Under the pieces are notes generated by a model. It did no database searches. It saw nothing but the letters and a program-made list of their open reading frames with translations, and was not told where the DNA came from. DNA of 64,000 nucleotides from a virus, in IMG/VR virus record IMGVR_UViG_3300017963_000201, positions 1 to 64,000 of that record. One strand, 5' to 3'. Shown here one piece after another: positions 10,586 through 21,230 of the stretch. Numbering within the stretch: position 1 is the stretch's first letter; every line of letters starts with the position of its first letter. Position numbers and translations under genes: made by a program.

Positions 10586-12038
10586 TCATCTCCAATTCGA
10601 AATGGCGCGGAACACGGCGTTTCTTAACGATAAAGCCGGGCAATTGCTGATACAACTGATAACGCTTGCTTGAATGATTCCTCAAGTACTTTCCTTTGTC
10701 AAGGAAATCTATCACTAACCCGTATTCTTTTTCGCTCGATGCCGTAAGTGACCGCATCTTTTGAATAGTAACATTCTTAGCTTTATACCCTTCAGCATTA
10801 ATAACAGCACTTAGCTTAGGGATATTCAACCCAAGTTTAGCCACCGTAGTAATAATGCAATTTAAGCTGCCTTCTTGAATCCTATCATACAAGCATCGAC
10901 GAAAAGACGAAGAGTCATCCCCACAGATATAAACAGATTCCGGTATCAATTCTTGAAGAAGCTCCCCATGATACCTACGTCTTACTAAGATCAAAGAACT
11001 CTTACCTTTCTTATTTAGCTCCTGCACTACACGAGCAATAAATAGATTCCTTCTATAGTTCTCTACTAAGTTATTAGTCTCGACATCCGCATATCTAGGC
11101 CAACCAGCTTCATACCATTCCACTGGCATATCGTACACAACCACTACAGGCTGCGCCACACGACCTTGCTTAATAAGCTTATCGAAAGTGATATTAGTAC
11201 GAATGGGACCAAAGACAGACTCCAATTCGATCTGAGATTTACTATCGGGTCTAGGCGTACCAGACAACCCTATGCGATACCCTACGTTTGTAAAATAGCG
11301 TAAAGCCGCTCTACGCTTTACAGATAAGCCACAATGACACTCATCAGCAATCAATACCTTGGTACGTGCTACCCATTCTAACACTTCCTCGTTGCGTTTT
11401 TTAATTGCTGTAGATAGTTTTTTCGAATTTTTAGACTTAGTACCCAAAGAATGAGCTAAAGCCTCATAACTAGTAACAACAATGTCACCAACTTCCCATT
11501 TACCTTCTGAAAAAAATCCAATCTTAATATCATCTTTAATAAGATGCCCCCGAATATCTAAGGTTGCTTGTTTAACCAGATCCTTACCCTGGGTAACAAC
11601 ACAGGCAGGATAATGCCCAATATACCTAAGACACCCAGCTATAATAGCAGTTTTACCCGCTCGAACGGCTGCAGAAACGATAGAGTATTTAGACTTGACA
11701 GCTATACGTATAGCATGATACTGAAATTCACTAAGCTCTAAATCATCTACCTTAATCTCCCCTTTTGGCTCATACTCTTTTGTAAAAGACACGGCACAAG
11801 AATTTTCGGTTGACTTTAATAAATTCTTTAATCTATTCCAACACCCCGAAGGTAGCGTTTGCGTTTTCTCATTGTAAAGACAACAGGTGCCATCCCACCC
11901 ATTCTGATAGGCTTGTGTGTATTCATACCCAGGGACCGTATACGAAAATGACTTCTTAATTAACTTATGGAGCTGCTTGTCCCGAATGGTCGGATAAAGA
12001 TAAAGTCTCTGCGGGGATACTTGTATTAGAAATTTCAT
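10563..12038 (-). CDS. Superfamily 2 DExH helicase (UvsW-like)
   Basis: AVRAGKT, LIADECH, IGLSGTP, GLNIPKL. Confidence 0.9.
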   Translation of the reverse strand: MKFLIQVSPQRLYLYPTIRDKQLHKLIKKSFSYTVPGYEYTQAYQNGWDGTCCLYNEKTQTLPSGCWNRLKNLLKSTENSCAVSFTKEYEPKGEIKVDDLELSEFQYHAIRIAVKSKYSIVSAAVRAGKTAIIAGCLRYIGHYPACVVTQGKDLVKQATLDIRGHLIKDDIKIGFFSEGKWEVGDIVVTSYEALAHSLGTKSKNSKKLSTAIKKRNEEVLEWVARTKVLIADECHCGLSVKRRAALRYFTNVGYRIGLSGTPRPDSKSQIELESVFGPIRTNITFDKLIKQGRVAQPVVVVYDMPVEWYEAGWPRYADVETNNLVENYRRNLFIARVVQELNKKGKSSLILVRRRYHGELLQELIPESVYICGDDSSSFRRCLYDRIQEGSLNCIITTVAKLGLNIPKLSAVINAEGYKAKNVTIQKMRSLTASSEKEYGLVIDFLDKGKYLRNHSSKRYQLYQQLPGFIVKKRRVPRHFELEMIAHAQNR

Positions 12039-12864
12039 TGGCTCTTTGTATGTTGGTTTCTATTTCTTTGTATTTAACCGAATTACGTTTCAGTACCCTA
12101 ATAGCATTACGACGAACACTATCTACTCCAATTTTCAAAGCATTAAAAGTTGTCCTGTGGTAGTGCCTCACAAAACAACCCAAAGCCAAGAGCTGGTGAT
12201 ACCCATAAGCAGCCATACGAATGGCCATATCATCGTCGTCACCAAGACCAATCCCAAAGGCTTCGTCTAGAGTACCAATATCTTTAAACAAGGAACGAGG
12301 AACACAACAGCAAAAGAAGGATAAAGGGAGTTTTCTACCACCCACAACAATACACTTAAACTTAAACTTGGCATCCAGTTTAAGTGCATACTTATGAACG
12401 TCGCCCGTAAACTTGGGTAATCCTAATCGCCATCGGTGATTAACATTAAGTAGCCCCTGCCAAGCAATATTGCTATCCGTTACAGGACCTACAGCACCTA
12501 TTTTCTTATCCGAAGCAAATGGTCTAAGAAGTTTCTTATCCCACCCAGCCGTAACTTCTGTATCATTATTCAGCAAAATAATAAATTTACCTTTGGCTTC
12601 AGCAATCCCCTGATTAACAGCTTTAACGTAACCTAAGTTTTTTAAGTTCCGAACAAGTTTACAATGCACTCTCGGTCTCGTTGCTTGTCTTCGTATCATG
12701 GAAAACGCATCTGGTGAACTAGCATTGTCTACCCAGATCAGCTCATAAGGAGTTGAGGTATGTGCCCGAATACTCGCAAAACACTGAACCGTCTTATGCG
12801 TCTCATTATGAACCGGAACAATTATAGATATATCGGGTTTGAATTTTTTTATAGGTTTAGACAT
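11965..12864 (-). CDS. Glycosyltransferase family 2
   Basis: ISIIVPVHN, VDNAS, LLNNDTEV, LDEAFGIGLGDDDD. Confidence 0.9.
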   Translation of the reverse strand: MSKPIKKFKPDISIIVPVHNETHKTVQCFASIRAHTSTPYELIWVDNASSPDAFSMIRRQATRPRVHCKLVRNLKNLGYVKAVNQGIAEAKGKFIILLNNDTEVTAGWDKKLLRPFASDKKIGAVGPVTDSNIAWQGLLNVNHRWRLGLPKFTGDVHKYALKLDAKFKFKCIVVGGRKLPLSFFCCCVPRSLFKDIGTLDEAFGIGLGDDDDMAIRMAAYGYHQLLALGCFVRHYHRTTFNALKIGVDSVRRNAIRVLKRNSVKYKEIETNIQRANEISNTSIPAETLSLSDHSGQAAP

Positions 12865-13585
12865 GTAGTGGTGCTCCAGCAGATTTTAAACATTTATTTT
12901 TCATTGCTCGATATTTTGGAGTATCCGAAAAGCCCGCATGTATTACTAACTCATGCGAATGGAAAAATCCCGTATACAAACCCTTTCTAGCAGCTCTCTT
13001 CGACACTTGATAATCAACACCGTATATTATACCTTTGGGGTGCCCTCCCATTTCCAAAAACATTTTTCTAGGAGACAAGCGACATACCCCATTGACCATC
13101 CACGTATCCGGATGGTACGTATAATAAACAGTACCCCCAGGAACATGAGCACGACTACCACGAGGTTTTCGATACATACCCCTACCAGATCGCAAAGCAA
13201 ATGTGTTATTACGCCAAGGCATATCCCATGATAACATACAAAGCTTAGGCTCATTTGTTACTTCATACGCGGTTATTAATTTCTCAGGGAAATTATAAGG
13301 AACCTCCACATCGTCGTCTACTTTAATAATATAGTCACCCTTGGCCGCTTCGGCTAAATAATTAATAGCCTCCATACCTATATTCTTATTAGAACCAAAC
13401 ACATTGGATATACGATCATCGCATTTTTTGTAGTCCTGCAACCAATCAAAAGTCCCATCGTTGGAAAAGTTATCCCAGATCAAAACCTCACATTCCACGT
13501 CACCCAAATTAGACACTAACTCTGGTATATACTTTGTAGAGATTTCAAATCTATTATAGGTTAATATTAAAATTGATACTAGCAT
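12857..13585 (-). CDS. Glycosyltransferase family 2
   Basis: SILILTYNR, WDNFSNDGT, KVDDDV. Confidence 0.9.
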   Translation of the reverse strand: MLVSILILTYNRFEISTKYIPELVSNLGDVECEVLIWDNFSNDGTFDWLQDYKKCDDRISNVFGSNKNIGMEAINYLAEAAKGDYIIKVDDDVEVPYNFPEKLITAYEVTNEPKLCMLSWDMPWRNNTFALRSGRGMYRKPRGSRAHVPGGTVYYTYHPDTWMVNGVCRLSPRKMFLEMGGHPKGIIYGVDYQVSKRAARKGLYTGFFHSHELVIHAGFSDTPKYRAMKNKCLKSAGAPLHV

Positions 13586-13586
13586 A

Positions 13587-14150
13587 TCAATCTTTAACCG
13601 CATACCAAACTGAAGATTTTTTTGTAAGTACAGGATTCCCGATTAGTTCCATAACAGCACGCTTTACCCCACTAAACTGCGTACTAAAATCATGACCAGC
13701 TATAATCCCACCCTTTTTAACTTTTGGTAACCACAAAAAAATATCATTACGAACAGAGCTATATGTATGATCTGCATCAATAAAAACCATATCAAACTGT
13801 TCTATCTTAGGGTATAACTTAGATGCATCATCCGTTTTTAATCGATGGATCTTAACAGATTTATAAATACCATACCTAACAAGATTTTTTCTAAAAGCTT
13901 TCTCAAAATCCTCCTTATAATACTTAGCATAAATCTTTGGATCCGTATGTTTTGTACCCAAAAACGTGTCTACCGCAATAACTTTTATACGCTTATTAAC
14001 TATTAAATCCGCAACAGAACATATAGATCTACCCCTGTACACACCCAATTCTACGGACAAAGATCCCTTTGGTAGCATACTGTACAAAGACCTGTATACA
14101 GAGACATCACCCGCTGAAAACCAACCATTTGGAAGTGTTTTAACATTCAT
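13587..14150 (-). CDS. Class I SAM methyltransferase (Methyltransf_24-like)
   Basis: VELGVYRGRS, FIDADHTY, KKGGIIAGHD. Confidence 0.9.
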   Translation of the reverse strand: MNVKTLPNGWFSAGDVSVYRSLYSMLPKGSLSVELGVYRGRSICSVADLIVNKRIKVIAVDTFLGTKHTDPKIYAKYYKEDFEKAFRKNLVRYGIYKSVKIHRLKTDDASKLYPKIEQFDMVFIDADHTYSSVRNDIFLWLPKVKKGGIIAGHDFSTQFSGVKRAVMELIGNPVLTKKSSVWYAVKD

Positions 14151-14158
14151 GTTTTTCT

Positions 14159-14722
14159 CTACTTTACTCCTTGAACATTTAGACTAATTAATAAACCATT
14201 CTCTTTATCCATGTGCGGATAATATGCTTGAGAATAATCGTCAAATCCAGCATGAATTCCTGTAAAAACTTTTGACCAATCCCAATACTCAATATCATGA
14301 AATCCCGAATTAGTCAGTATTTTATACAGACTGCTGTAGTCATAAACGGTTTTATGATATATAAACCTATTCGGTAATATTTCCCACCTGCCATACAAGG
14401 GACCAACAACCCGATCCAGATCCCCAGAATCTTCATAAACCTTAATCAATTTATGAAAATCCGGTACGGCTATTCTAAGTATACCTTTTGGGTGCAAAAC
14501 ACGATGCCATTCTTTAAGTACAGAAACAACCTCGGTACGATCAAAATACTCCAGGACATGGGAAGCATAGATTAATCCAATAGACTCATTAGCAAACATC
14601 TCTAAAGAAGTAACGTCAGTCTTAAAATCGACATGGGAATAATCACTAACATCAACGTGTATGTAACCCGGTAAAAAGCGCTTACCACAACCAAGATGTA
14701 CTTTAGGAAGGTGATCAAGCAT
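14159..14722 (-). CDS. SAM methyltransferase (type 11-like)
   Basis: HLGCGKR, IYASHVLEY, RVLHPKGILRIAVPD. Confidence 0.85.
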   Translation of the reverse strand: MLDHLPKVHLGCGKRFLPGYIHVDVSDYSHVDFKTDVTSLEMFANESIGLIYASHVLEYFDRTEVVSVLKEWHRVLHPKGILRIAVPDFHKLIKVYEDSGDLDRVVGPLYGRWEILPNRFIYHKTVYDYSSLYKILTNSGFHDIEYWDWSKVFTGIHAGFDDYSQAYYPHMDKENGLLISLNVQGVK

Positions 14723-15824
14723 TTTTATCCTCTAGGAAGAAGGTATTTATTGACACACAGATCTCGCGAATGTCAACCTTTTCCAAAGTCAGAGAAGATG
14801 GTAACCAAAGACCCCTGCTAGAGATATCAGACGAAACGGACAATGAAGAAATACACGAAATACCTCTGTATGGTTTCTGAGAATGAATCGGAGGATAAAA
14901 TTTTCTTGTCGCTATATTTTGATTTCTAAGATACTCATGCAAACGATCCCTTTGATCTTGGCTATCTAAGAGAATGCTCATAAACCAAGGAATAGCATCC
15001 CCGTCAACCGGGCATAAGATTTTTGGGTTTCTTAAATACTTACTGTATTGCTTATGAATTAATCTTTTCAAAGCCATTCGATCTTTAATGTTGGACAACT
15101 GAGAAAGACCCAAAGCCGCTTGAAGATCTGTAAATTTAAAATTGTACCCTATGGTGTCGTGAATATCCAATCCGGGCTGTAATCTTCCAAAGTCTTTTAG
15201 TTTAACAATCTTTTCAAAAATATGGTCATCATTAGTTACAATGCACCCACCCTGACCCGTTGTAATGAGTTTATGAGGCGTAAAGGAGTATACCCCCACA
15301 TCCCCATAGGTACCTGCAAAACGCCCCCTCAGACAGCTCCCAAACGCCTGACAAGCATCTTCTATAAGCCAAAGCCCATGATCCCGACAATAAGACCGAA
15401 CTCTATCAATATGACCTAAATTACCATTAATATCTACGTATATAAGAGCCTCAATTCCACTAATTTTTTGAGTACACCACCGAATTTGATCAGAATCCAC
15501 ACAAAAATTTCTACGATCAATATCTATTAATATTGGCTGCGCCCCTGCCCACACCACAGAATTCACAGAAGCGATCATGGTATAGTCCGGAACGACAACT
15601 CCCGTAATCTTACCAGGGGTTATCCCAACACCTCTAAGAGCCAAATACAGACCAACAGTACCACTAGGAACCATAATGGCATAGCGAGCCCCCACAAAGG
15701 AGGCAATAGCCTGCTCTAGTTCTTTAGTCTTTTTATGTTCTGTAATCCATCCCCCACTTAACAAATATTCGTTAACGGCTGCAATATCATGCGGGGTAAT
15801 CCACGGCTCTACCTGATGGATCAT
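14715..15824 (-). CDS. DegT/DnrJ/EryC1/StrS PLP aminotransferase (perosamine synthase-like)
   Basis: IEDACQAFGS, YSFTPHKLITTGQGG, GYNFKFTDLQAALGLSQL, LWLPS. Confidence 0.92.
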   Translation of the reverse strand: MIHQVEPWITPHDIAAVNEYLLSGGWITEHKKTKELEQAIASFVGARYAIMVPSGTVGLYLALRGVGITPGKITGVVVPDYTMIASVNSVVWAGAQPILIDIDRRNFCVDSDQIRWCTQKISGIEALIYVDINGNLGHIDRVRSYCRDHGLWLIEDACQAFGSCLRGRFAGTYGDVGVYSFTPHKLITTGQGGCIVTNDDHIFEKIVKLKDFGRLQPGLDIHDTIGYNFKFTDLQAALGLSQLSNIKDRMALKRLIHKQYSKYLRNPKILCPVDGDAIPWFMSILLDSQDQRDRLHEYLRNQNIATRKFYPPIHSQKPYRGISCISSLSVSSDISSRGLWLPSSLTLEKVDIREICVSINTFFLEDKNA

Positions 15825-16237
15825 AGTATCAGCTCTCTATCCTCGTTGTCATCATTAACATCATAAGGCCCATTCTTAGCTTCTAACATTCGAGTATCAT
15901 TCTCCAACACAGTAAATCCACAACCACCCCAGTAAGAAATATAAATATCCCCAGCATGCAAAACACACGTATCAACCAAAGTATTGGATCCGTCTTCTTT
16001 TGAGTATGTTCTAGCTTCTACGGACCCAGAAAAGACAACAACTATTTCTTGTGTTTTTATATTTACCCGTGGTCTAAATATATGCCTATGGTTTCGCATA
16101 ACCTGATCTTTGTTGTAGCAAAACGATCCAACCTGCAAAAAATCATACTTACTCCCATAAAAGTGTAAACCTTTTTCAAAGTTATTAAAATTATCTACAA
16201 TCGCCAAAGTAAAACCATCCTCTTTAATTTCGCGCAT
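15821..16237 (-). CDS. Cupin-fold protein (WbuC-like / sugar isomerase-like)
   Basis: HRH...QEIVVV, LHAGD, MLEAKNGPY; lies between gmd and the aminotransferase. Confidence 0.65.
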   Translation of the reverse strand: MREIKEDGFTLAIVDNFNNFEKGLHFYGSKYDFLQVGSFCYNKDQVMRNHRHIFRPRVNIKTQEIVVVFSGSVEARTYSKEDGSNTLVDTCVLHAGDIYISYWGGCGFTVLENDTRMLEAKNGPYDVNDDNEDRELIL

Positions 16238-17204
16238 ATTTCTCTTCCTCCATCACGTTAAATATCATATCATCTATCAAAGCGTCTATCTTTATTCTAG
16301 GTTCCCAACCTAATACCCTATGTATCTTCTCCGGATCACCCCGGAGATCTGGCACCTCTTTAGGTCGTTTATACCTATCATCAAACTTAACATAATCATG
16401 CCAATCCATACCCAATCGATCAAATACTTTTGCAACAAACTCCTCAACACTATAGTGTTCCCCGGTGGCCACTACAAAATCGTCAGGCTCATCGTGCATC
16501 AAAATCTTGTACACAGCTTCCATGTAATCCTTACTATGCCCCCAATCCCTCCTAGCAGAGAGATTACCCAAAGTTACATTGGGCTGCTTATTTAACTTTA
16601 TTCTTACAGCAGAACGCACTACTTTCTTTGTAACAAAAGTTTCACCACGCCTAAAACTCTCATGGTTAAAAAGCACCCCATTACTCACAAACATACCGTA
16701 CCCATCTCTGTATGTACGAAACATCCAATACGCAGCTAACTTTGCTACACCATACGGTGAACAAGGCTGGAATTGTGTTGTTTCATTCTGAAGTGGTGGG
16801 GACATACCAAACATTTCACTACTAGATGCCTGATAAATCCTCGTATGATTCTTCAGCGATGAGTTCCGCACAGCCTCCAAGACCCTAGAAGGCCCAATAG
16901 CATTCGCATCCAACGTATATAAAGGCAAATCAAAACTAACTCGAACATGACTCATACTAGCCATATTGAAGATAAGATCTGGTCTTAGGTCATGTATAAT
17001 ATTTTCGATGCTTCCGTTCAAATCTCCATACACTAAATGCACAAGCTCTTGGGGTTGTAAAAGATGATCAATTCTACTAGTAGCAATACTACTAGATCGC
17101 CTAACAATACCATACACATCGTATCCCTTCTCTAAAAGTAGCTCTGCAAGATAGCTACCGTCCTGGCCCGTTATTCCTGTGATCAAAGCTATTGGATTTG
17201 TCAT
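16224..17204 (-). CDS. gmd: GDP-mannose 4,6-dehydratase
   Basis: ALITGITGQDGSYLAE, YQASSSEMFG, SPYGVAK, LFNHES.RRGETFVTKK, RDWGH. Confidence 0.97.
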   Translation of the reverse strand: MTNPIALITGITGQDGSYLAELLLEKGYDVYGIVRRSSSIATSRIDHLLQPQELVHLVYGDLNGSIENIIHDLRPDLIFNMASMSHVRVSFDLPLYTLDANAIGPSRVLEAVRNSSLKNHTRIYQASSSEMFGMSPPLQNETTQFQPCSPYGVAKLAAYWMFRTYRDGYGMFVSNGVLFNHESFRRGETFVTKKVVRSAVRIKLNKQPNVTLGNLSARRDWGHSKDYMEAVYKILMHDEPDDFVVATGEHYSVEEFVAKVFDRLGMDWHDYVKFDDRYKRPKEVPDLRGDPEKIHRVLGWEPRIKIDALIDDMIFNVMEEEKYARN

Positions 17205-17211
17205 ATTAACC

Positions 17212-18147
17212 TCATAGTACATTCGATAAAACTTTTTTAAACTGTTTAATCCTTACAGGCCATGAATGGTACTCTAGAGCATGAGCACGACCCATCTTAG
17301 CAATCTCTTCGCGCTTACCTGGATGATTCAAATAATATTTAATCTTTTGTAAACCATCCTCTACCGTATTGAAAGTAATTAAATGCTTACCCGGCAAAAA
17401 ATGTTTTTCCATACCGTTAATTCTATAGGTAATGTGTAATCTCCCAGATGCTACCGATTCAAATAATCTTCTATTGTAGTAGCCATAAACATCATAATGA
17501 TTAATCCCAAGATTAATACTAGCACGACGAAGAACCTTAGCATACTGATCTCGCATAACCCAAGGTTTTGAATGGAATGGCCACTTACCCCCATACACAA
17601 CCAGATTAAACTTTCTATTAACTCGGACAATAAATTCTTTTCTCAATTTACTTAACGGAAATTTATTCGAATTAAAATTAGACCCACCAAAAAAAACTTC
17701 CTTATCCACATCACATTCCCATTCTTTAAACTCCTCTGGACAAAAAGAATGATAGAAAGTCCCAACATGTTTAATACCAACCTGATGATACAGACCTATT
17801 TGTTTTTGACTCTTATTAGTAATTAAAATACTATCTAAGTATTTGGCCCTGGCTGATATTAAGGGCACTACTCTATCACCTCTCTGATCTCCATACCACA
17901 TAATTATCTTTGTTCTTGGTGATACTCGCTTAATACCCTGAAATACATTGGGGGTAATATGTTCATTCTTTAATACAAAAAACACATCTGGCTTTATCTT
18001 AGATAATTCCTGAATAAAATTATTAATATCTTTTGGAAGGCTCTTCCACTTTGTAACCTTCGGTAGAGGCACTCTTATGTAATTGACCCCAATTAAATGC
18101 AAATGCCTCTCCAACATACCCTGTTGAATAGATACTAGAGTAGTCAT
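17212..18147 (-). CDS. Glycosyltransferase, CgeB/Glyco_trans_1_2-like
   Basis: ASINLGIN...YNRRLFESVASG...KIKYYLNHPGKREEIAKMG...HSWPVR. Confidence 0.85.
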   Translation of the reverse strand: MTTLVSIQQGMLERHLHLIGVNYIRVPLPKVTKWKSLPKDINNFIQELSKIKPDVFFVLKNEHITPNVFQGIKRVSPRTKIIMWYGDQRGDRVVPLISARAKYLDSILITNKSQKQIGLYHQVGIKHVGTFYHSFCPEEFKEWECDVDKEVFFGGSNFNSNKFPLSKLRKEFIVRVNRKFNLVVYGGKWPFHSKPWVMRDQYAKVLRRASINLGINHYDVYGYYNRRLFESVASGRLHITYRINGMEKHFLPGKHLITFNTVEDGLQKIKYYLNHPGKREEIAKMGRAHALEYHSWPVRIKQFKKVLSNVL

Positions 18148-18905
18148 TGCATACCCCAAGACTTTCCAACATTAACAACAACCTGTTTTTTTGTTTTACA
18201 TTCACTATACAATTTTTTATTTTTTGCAAAATAAGTAGTCTGATTATAATAAACCGAATTTTTCCCATGAGGTAAATGAATCATACTTGTTAGATTATTC
18301 AATAGAACTGGTTTAAATCCAGCTATACGTGCCCTATATATTACGTCACTGTCCTCTGCCCCATACCCTATATATCGCTCATCCCAGCCATTAACATGCC
18401 GCAGCCAAGCAGTAGGTAAACCAATACAACACCCTTCCCCATGCATCTTCGTATGCTTATCCTGCCTACACCTTGCTAATAAAGCATCGTATTGTTTTTG
18501 AATATGGATTGGATCATCATTAATTTTATACCTCAAAAAGTATGTCCTACACAAAACCATATATTTTTTATTCCTGCGTAATTGGTTATACACAACCGAA
18601 AAAAAGTTAGTCGCAAAAATCTGATCGGCATCTGTAGAACAAAACCACTTAGTATCTGTTTCTTTAATACCTATATTAATTGCCCTAGCCTTATGAAAAA
18701 TTTTGGTGTTTCTATTAACTCTAATTACGCGGACAAAATCATATAGTGAGGAAAAAGGAATCAAGCTATTAGAACTACCAAAATCTACAATTACAACTTT
18801 TGGTACCGTATCCTGATTAGAAAGCGAGCTAAGGCAATATGATAAATGCTTTTCCCTATCTTTACAGGCTATAACAACAGTGAGATCCATAATATTAAAA
18901 CTCAA
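18144..18905 (-). CDS. Glycosyltransferase family 2 with GT7-like C-terminus
   Basis: VDFGS, TDADQ, NGWDERYIGYGAEDSD. Confidence 0.88.
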   Translation of the reverse strand: MSFNIMDLTVVIACKDREKHLSYCLSSLSNQDTVPKVVIVDFGSSNSLIPFSSLYDFVRVIRVNRNTKIFHKARAINIGIKETDTKWFCSTDADQIFATNFFSVVYNQLRRNKKYMVLCRTYFLRYKINDDPIHIQKQYDALLARCRQDKHTKMHGEGCCIGLPTAWLRHVNGWDERYIGYGAEDSDVIYRARIAGFKPVLLNNLTSMIHLPHGKNSVYYNQTTYFAKNKKLYSECKTKKQVVVNVGKSWGMQ

Positions 18906-19519
18906 AAAGTATATTGAAATACATAATTATCACGTTCAAACGCCCTTTTTACTATTTTAATAGAATTGCTATCATAGTATACCCTATAATGTTTATGCTT
19001 CGTAACATTTTTTCTAGGTAATTTAATCTTAGCTATGTTTAAAAGATCGCATACCTTAGAAAAGTCCTTATCCATAAATTCCTGCTTTCCAATAAAGTCT
19101 AAAACATCTTTACCACTTATCCTTAAAAAGTCACTGAACCCATTTTTAAATCTATGAAGCCCATCAAAGTTAAAGTACCAATCAATATATTGATTAAATG
19201 ATAATGATTTTGCTTTTTTTGCTAAAACACTCCCACCAGGATTAGTCTTAAAATACAAATAATGGGATAGCATCACAGACCAGGGATTTCGCACAAAAGC
19301 AAATTTAAAAGTTGTATCCCACACACTAGGTAAAACTATATTTTTTATTTCCAATGCTGTTAAATGCTCATTCAATAGCATTTTCTTCTTAGTCAAAAAT
19401 GTTAACTTTATCGTCATAGCATCTTTACGATCAAGACTACCAAGAACACTACGTATACTAGTACCTCCAGTCTTCGGTACATGAACAAAAATAAACTTAT
19501 GCCTATTAGAACAAATCAT
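18902..19519 (-). CDS. Sulfotransferase family 2
   Basis: FIFVHVPKTGGTSI (5'-PSB loop), FAFVRNPW (3'-PB motif). Confidence 0.88.
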   Translation of the reverse strand: MICSNRHKFIFVHVPKTGGTSIRSVLGSLDRKDAMTIKLTFLTKKKMLLNEHLTALEIKNIVLPSVWDTTFKFAFVRNPWSVMLSHYLYFKTNPGGSVLAKKAKSLSFNQYIDWYFNFDGLHRFKNGFSDFLRISGKDVLDFIGKQEFMDKDFSKVCDLLNIAKIKLPRKNVTKHKHYRVYYDSNSIKIVKRAFERDNYVFQYTF

Positions 19520-20409
19520 GCAAAAACTTTACGGTAGCGATCTATGATCTGAGCAGGATCCAAAAATCCCGGCAATTTATTATCATTGTACCAAGGCTCT
19601 AACAAATATTTCGCATATAGGTCGTCATCCTTATCGATCTTAATTACCAAATCCATCAAATAATCCAAAATTTCATTCTCTTTTAGATTTTCACCATAAG
19701 GATGGATAAAACTTTTTGGATTAAAATCCTTATGAATAAGAGGATTTCCCCAATATATTGGAATGGAATTAACTAACATAGGATCAGTTAGCTTTTCAGA
19801 TATATACCCTGGATACGAACTATTTTCAAAAGCTACAACGAACTTATATGGCTTAATAAAATTTACCTTTTGAGTATAAAAATCATGTGCAAATCTAGAT
19901 GCACGCGCATTATTATAATTACCAATAAAGGGCATATTGTTGCGACAACCACCGGGAGAATCAACCCTCTTATACTTAGAAAGCATATCAAAAAATTTAT
20001 TTCTAATTCCAACATTATGACCAAATATAAAAGCACAAAACTTAGTCTTACTGCGGATAGTTTTCTCTACATCTAAAGACTTCTTAACTTCGATTAAATT
20101 ACTACCAACACCCAATTTAACTATATTCGGTTGGCGAAAATATTTTGGGTTCTTAATCATACTTTGATAATCTGGCCCAAAAAGCCAATCGGCACGCCCA
20201 ATAGGTGGTCTAACATTTTCCGGGTTATAATATATTCTCTTATACCTTCCCGGCTTTATAACCCGATTACTAATAATAAAATCAGGATTATTGGATAGTA
20301 CAAAATTAAAATGTTTTTTTATATAGTGCATTTTTAAGAAAAAATGATCTATATTGGTTGGCTTACCAAAATAAAGAATATTATGAAACGCAATCTTAAT
20401 AGTTCTCAA
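19516..20409 (-). CDS. Glycosyltransferase family 10 (alpha-1,3-fucosyltransferase-like)
   Basis: YKFVVAFENSSYPGYISEKL...SIPIYWG, the GT10 signature. Confidence 0.92.
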   Translation of the reverse strand: MRTIKIAFHNILYFGKPTNIDHFFLKMHYIKKHFNFVLSNNPDFIISNRVIKPGRYKRIYYNPENVRPPIGRADWLFGPDYQSMIKNPKYFRQPNIVKLGVGSNLIEVKKSLDVEKTIRSKTKFCAFIFGHNVGIRNKFFDMLSKYKRVDSPGGCRNNMPFIGNYNNARASRFAHDFYTQKVNFIKPYKFVVAFENSSYPGYISEKLTDPMLVNSIPIYWGNPLIHKDFNPKSFIHPYGENLKENEILDYLMDLVIKIDKDDDLYAKYLLEPWYNDNKLPGFLDPAQIIDRYRKVFA

Positions 20410-21230
20410 TTAATTAAACTCCTAATATGTTTTCGCTTTCGTAAATGAACACTAACTACATATTGCATCTCTTCTCGAATATCCTTACGATTTAATAAAT
20501 TATTTATTTTATCTACTTCCTTTGCTGGGATTTCCTTTTTCCATTTTCTATTAGGTCTCGTATCTGGAACACTCTCTTTATTTGCTTTAACTTTAAATCC
20601 TAAAAAATTTGAAATAAGACGTAGTTGATTAGGCAAATCCCGTATAAGCTTTTCATACGAGACAACGAGCAACTGATCCTTAATCATGCGCTTCATTTGT
20701 TCCATCTTAGCTCTGTGAGCAATCCATACCAGCGTAGCTCGCTCATACATGGATAGTCTATGGTAATACTCAGCAATAGTATGAGTAATCCCAGAAGGTC
20801 CTGTAGGTATCGAAAACTTCTTCCACCTATTCCCAGATCGCCTAGTACGCATAGAACTATTACGATGGATCAAACTAGTAATAGTTGGTAGTGCATTTCT
20901 TTCAATACCAATAAATCTTGCATGAGGAAACATATACAACAGCGAATCGGCTATCCATATAGCCCCATGAGTTTTGTCTGCATAATGTCTAGGATAATAT
21001 TTCCTCTGATATTTATTATATGCATGATATATCTTAGGCAATACCGAATCTAATTTATTGGGATAGTAAATCCCTTGCTCACACCAATTCCTAATCAGGA
21101 CAATCAAACTTCCTTCTTTTTTATCTACATCCGTTACGGTACCCGCACATACAGGATTACTGGTAATGATACGCCCCAACCAATGAGTACCAGATCGCCC
21201 ACACCCTACAATAAATATCTTCTGAGCCAT
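20406..21230 (-). CDS. Sulfotransferase (Sulfotransfer_3-like)
   Basis: IFIVGCGRSGTHWL, DKT, FPHARFIGIER, VSYEKL. Confidence 0.85.
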   Translation of the reverse strand: MAQKIFIVGCGRSGTHWLGRIITSNPVCAGTVTDVDKKEGSLIVLIRNWCEQGIYYPNKLDSVLPKIYHAYNKYQRKYYPRHYADKTHGAIWIADSLLYMFPHARFIGIERNALPTITSLIHRNSSMRTRRSGNRWKKFSIPTGPSGITHTIAEYYHRLSMYERATLVWIAHRAKMEQMKRMIKDQLLVVSYEKLIRDLPNQLRLISNFLGFKVKANKESVPDTRPNRKWKKEIPAKEVDKINNLLNRKDIREEMQYVVSVHLRKRKHIRSLIN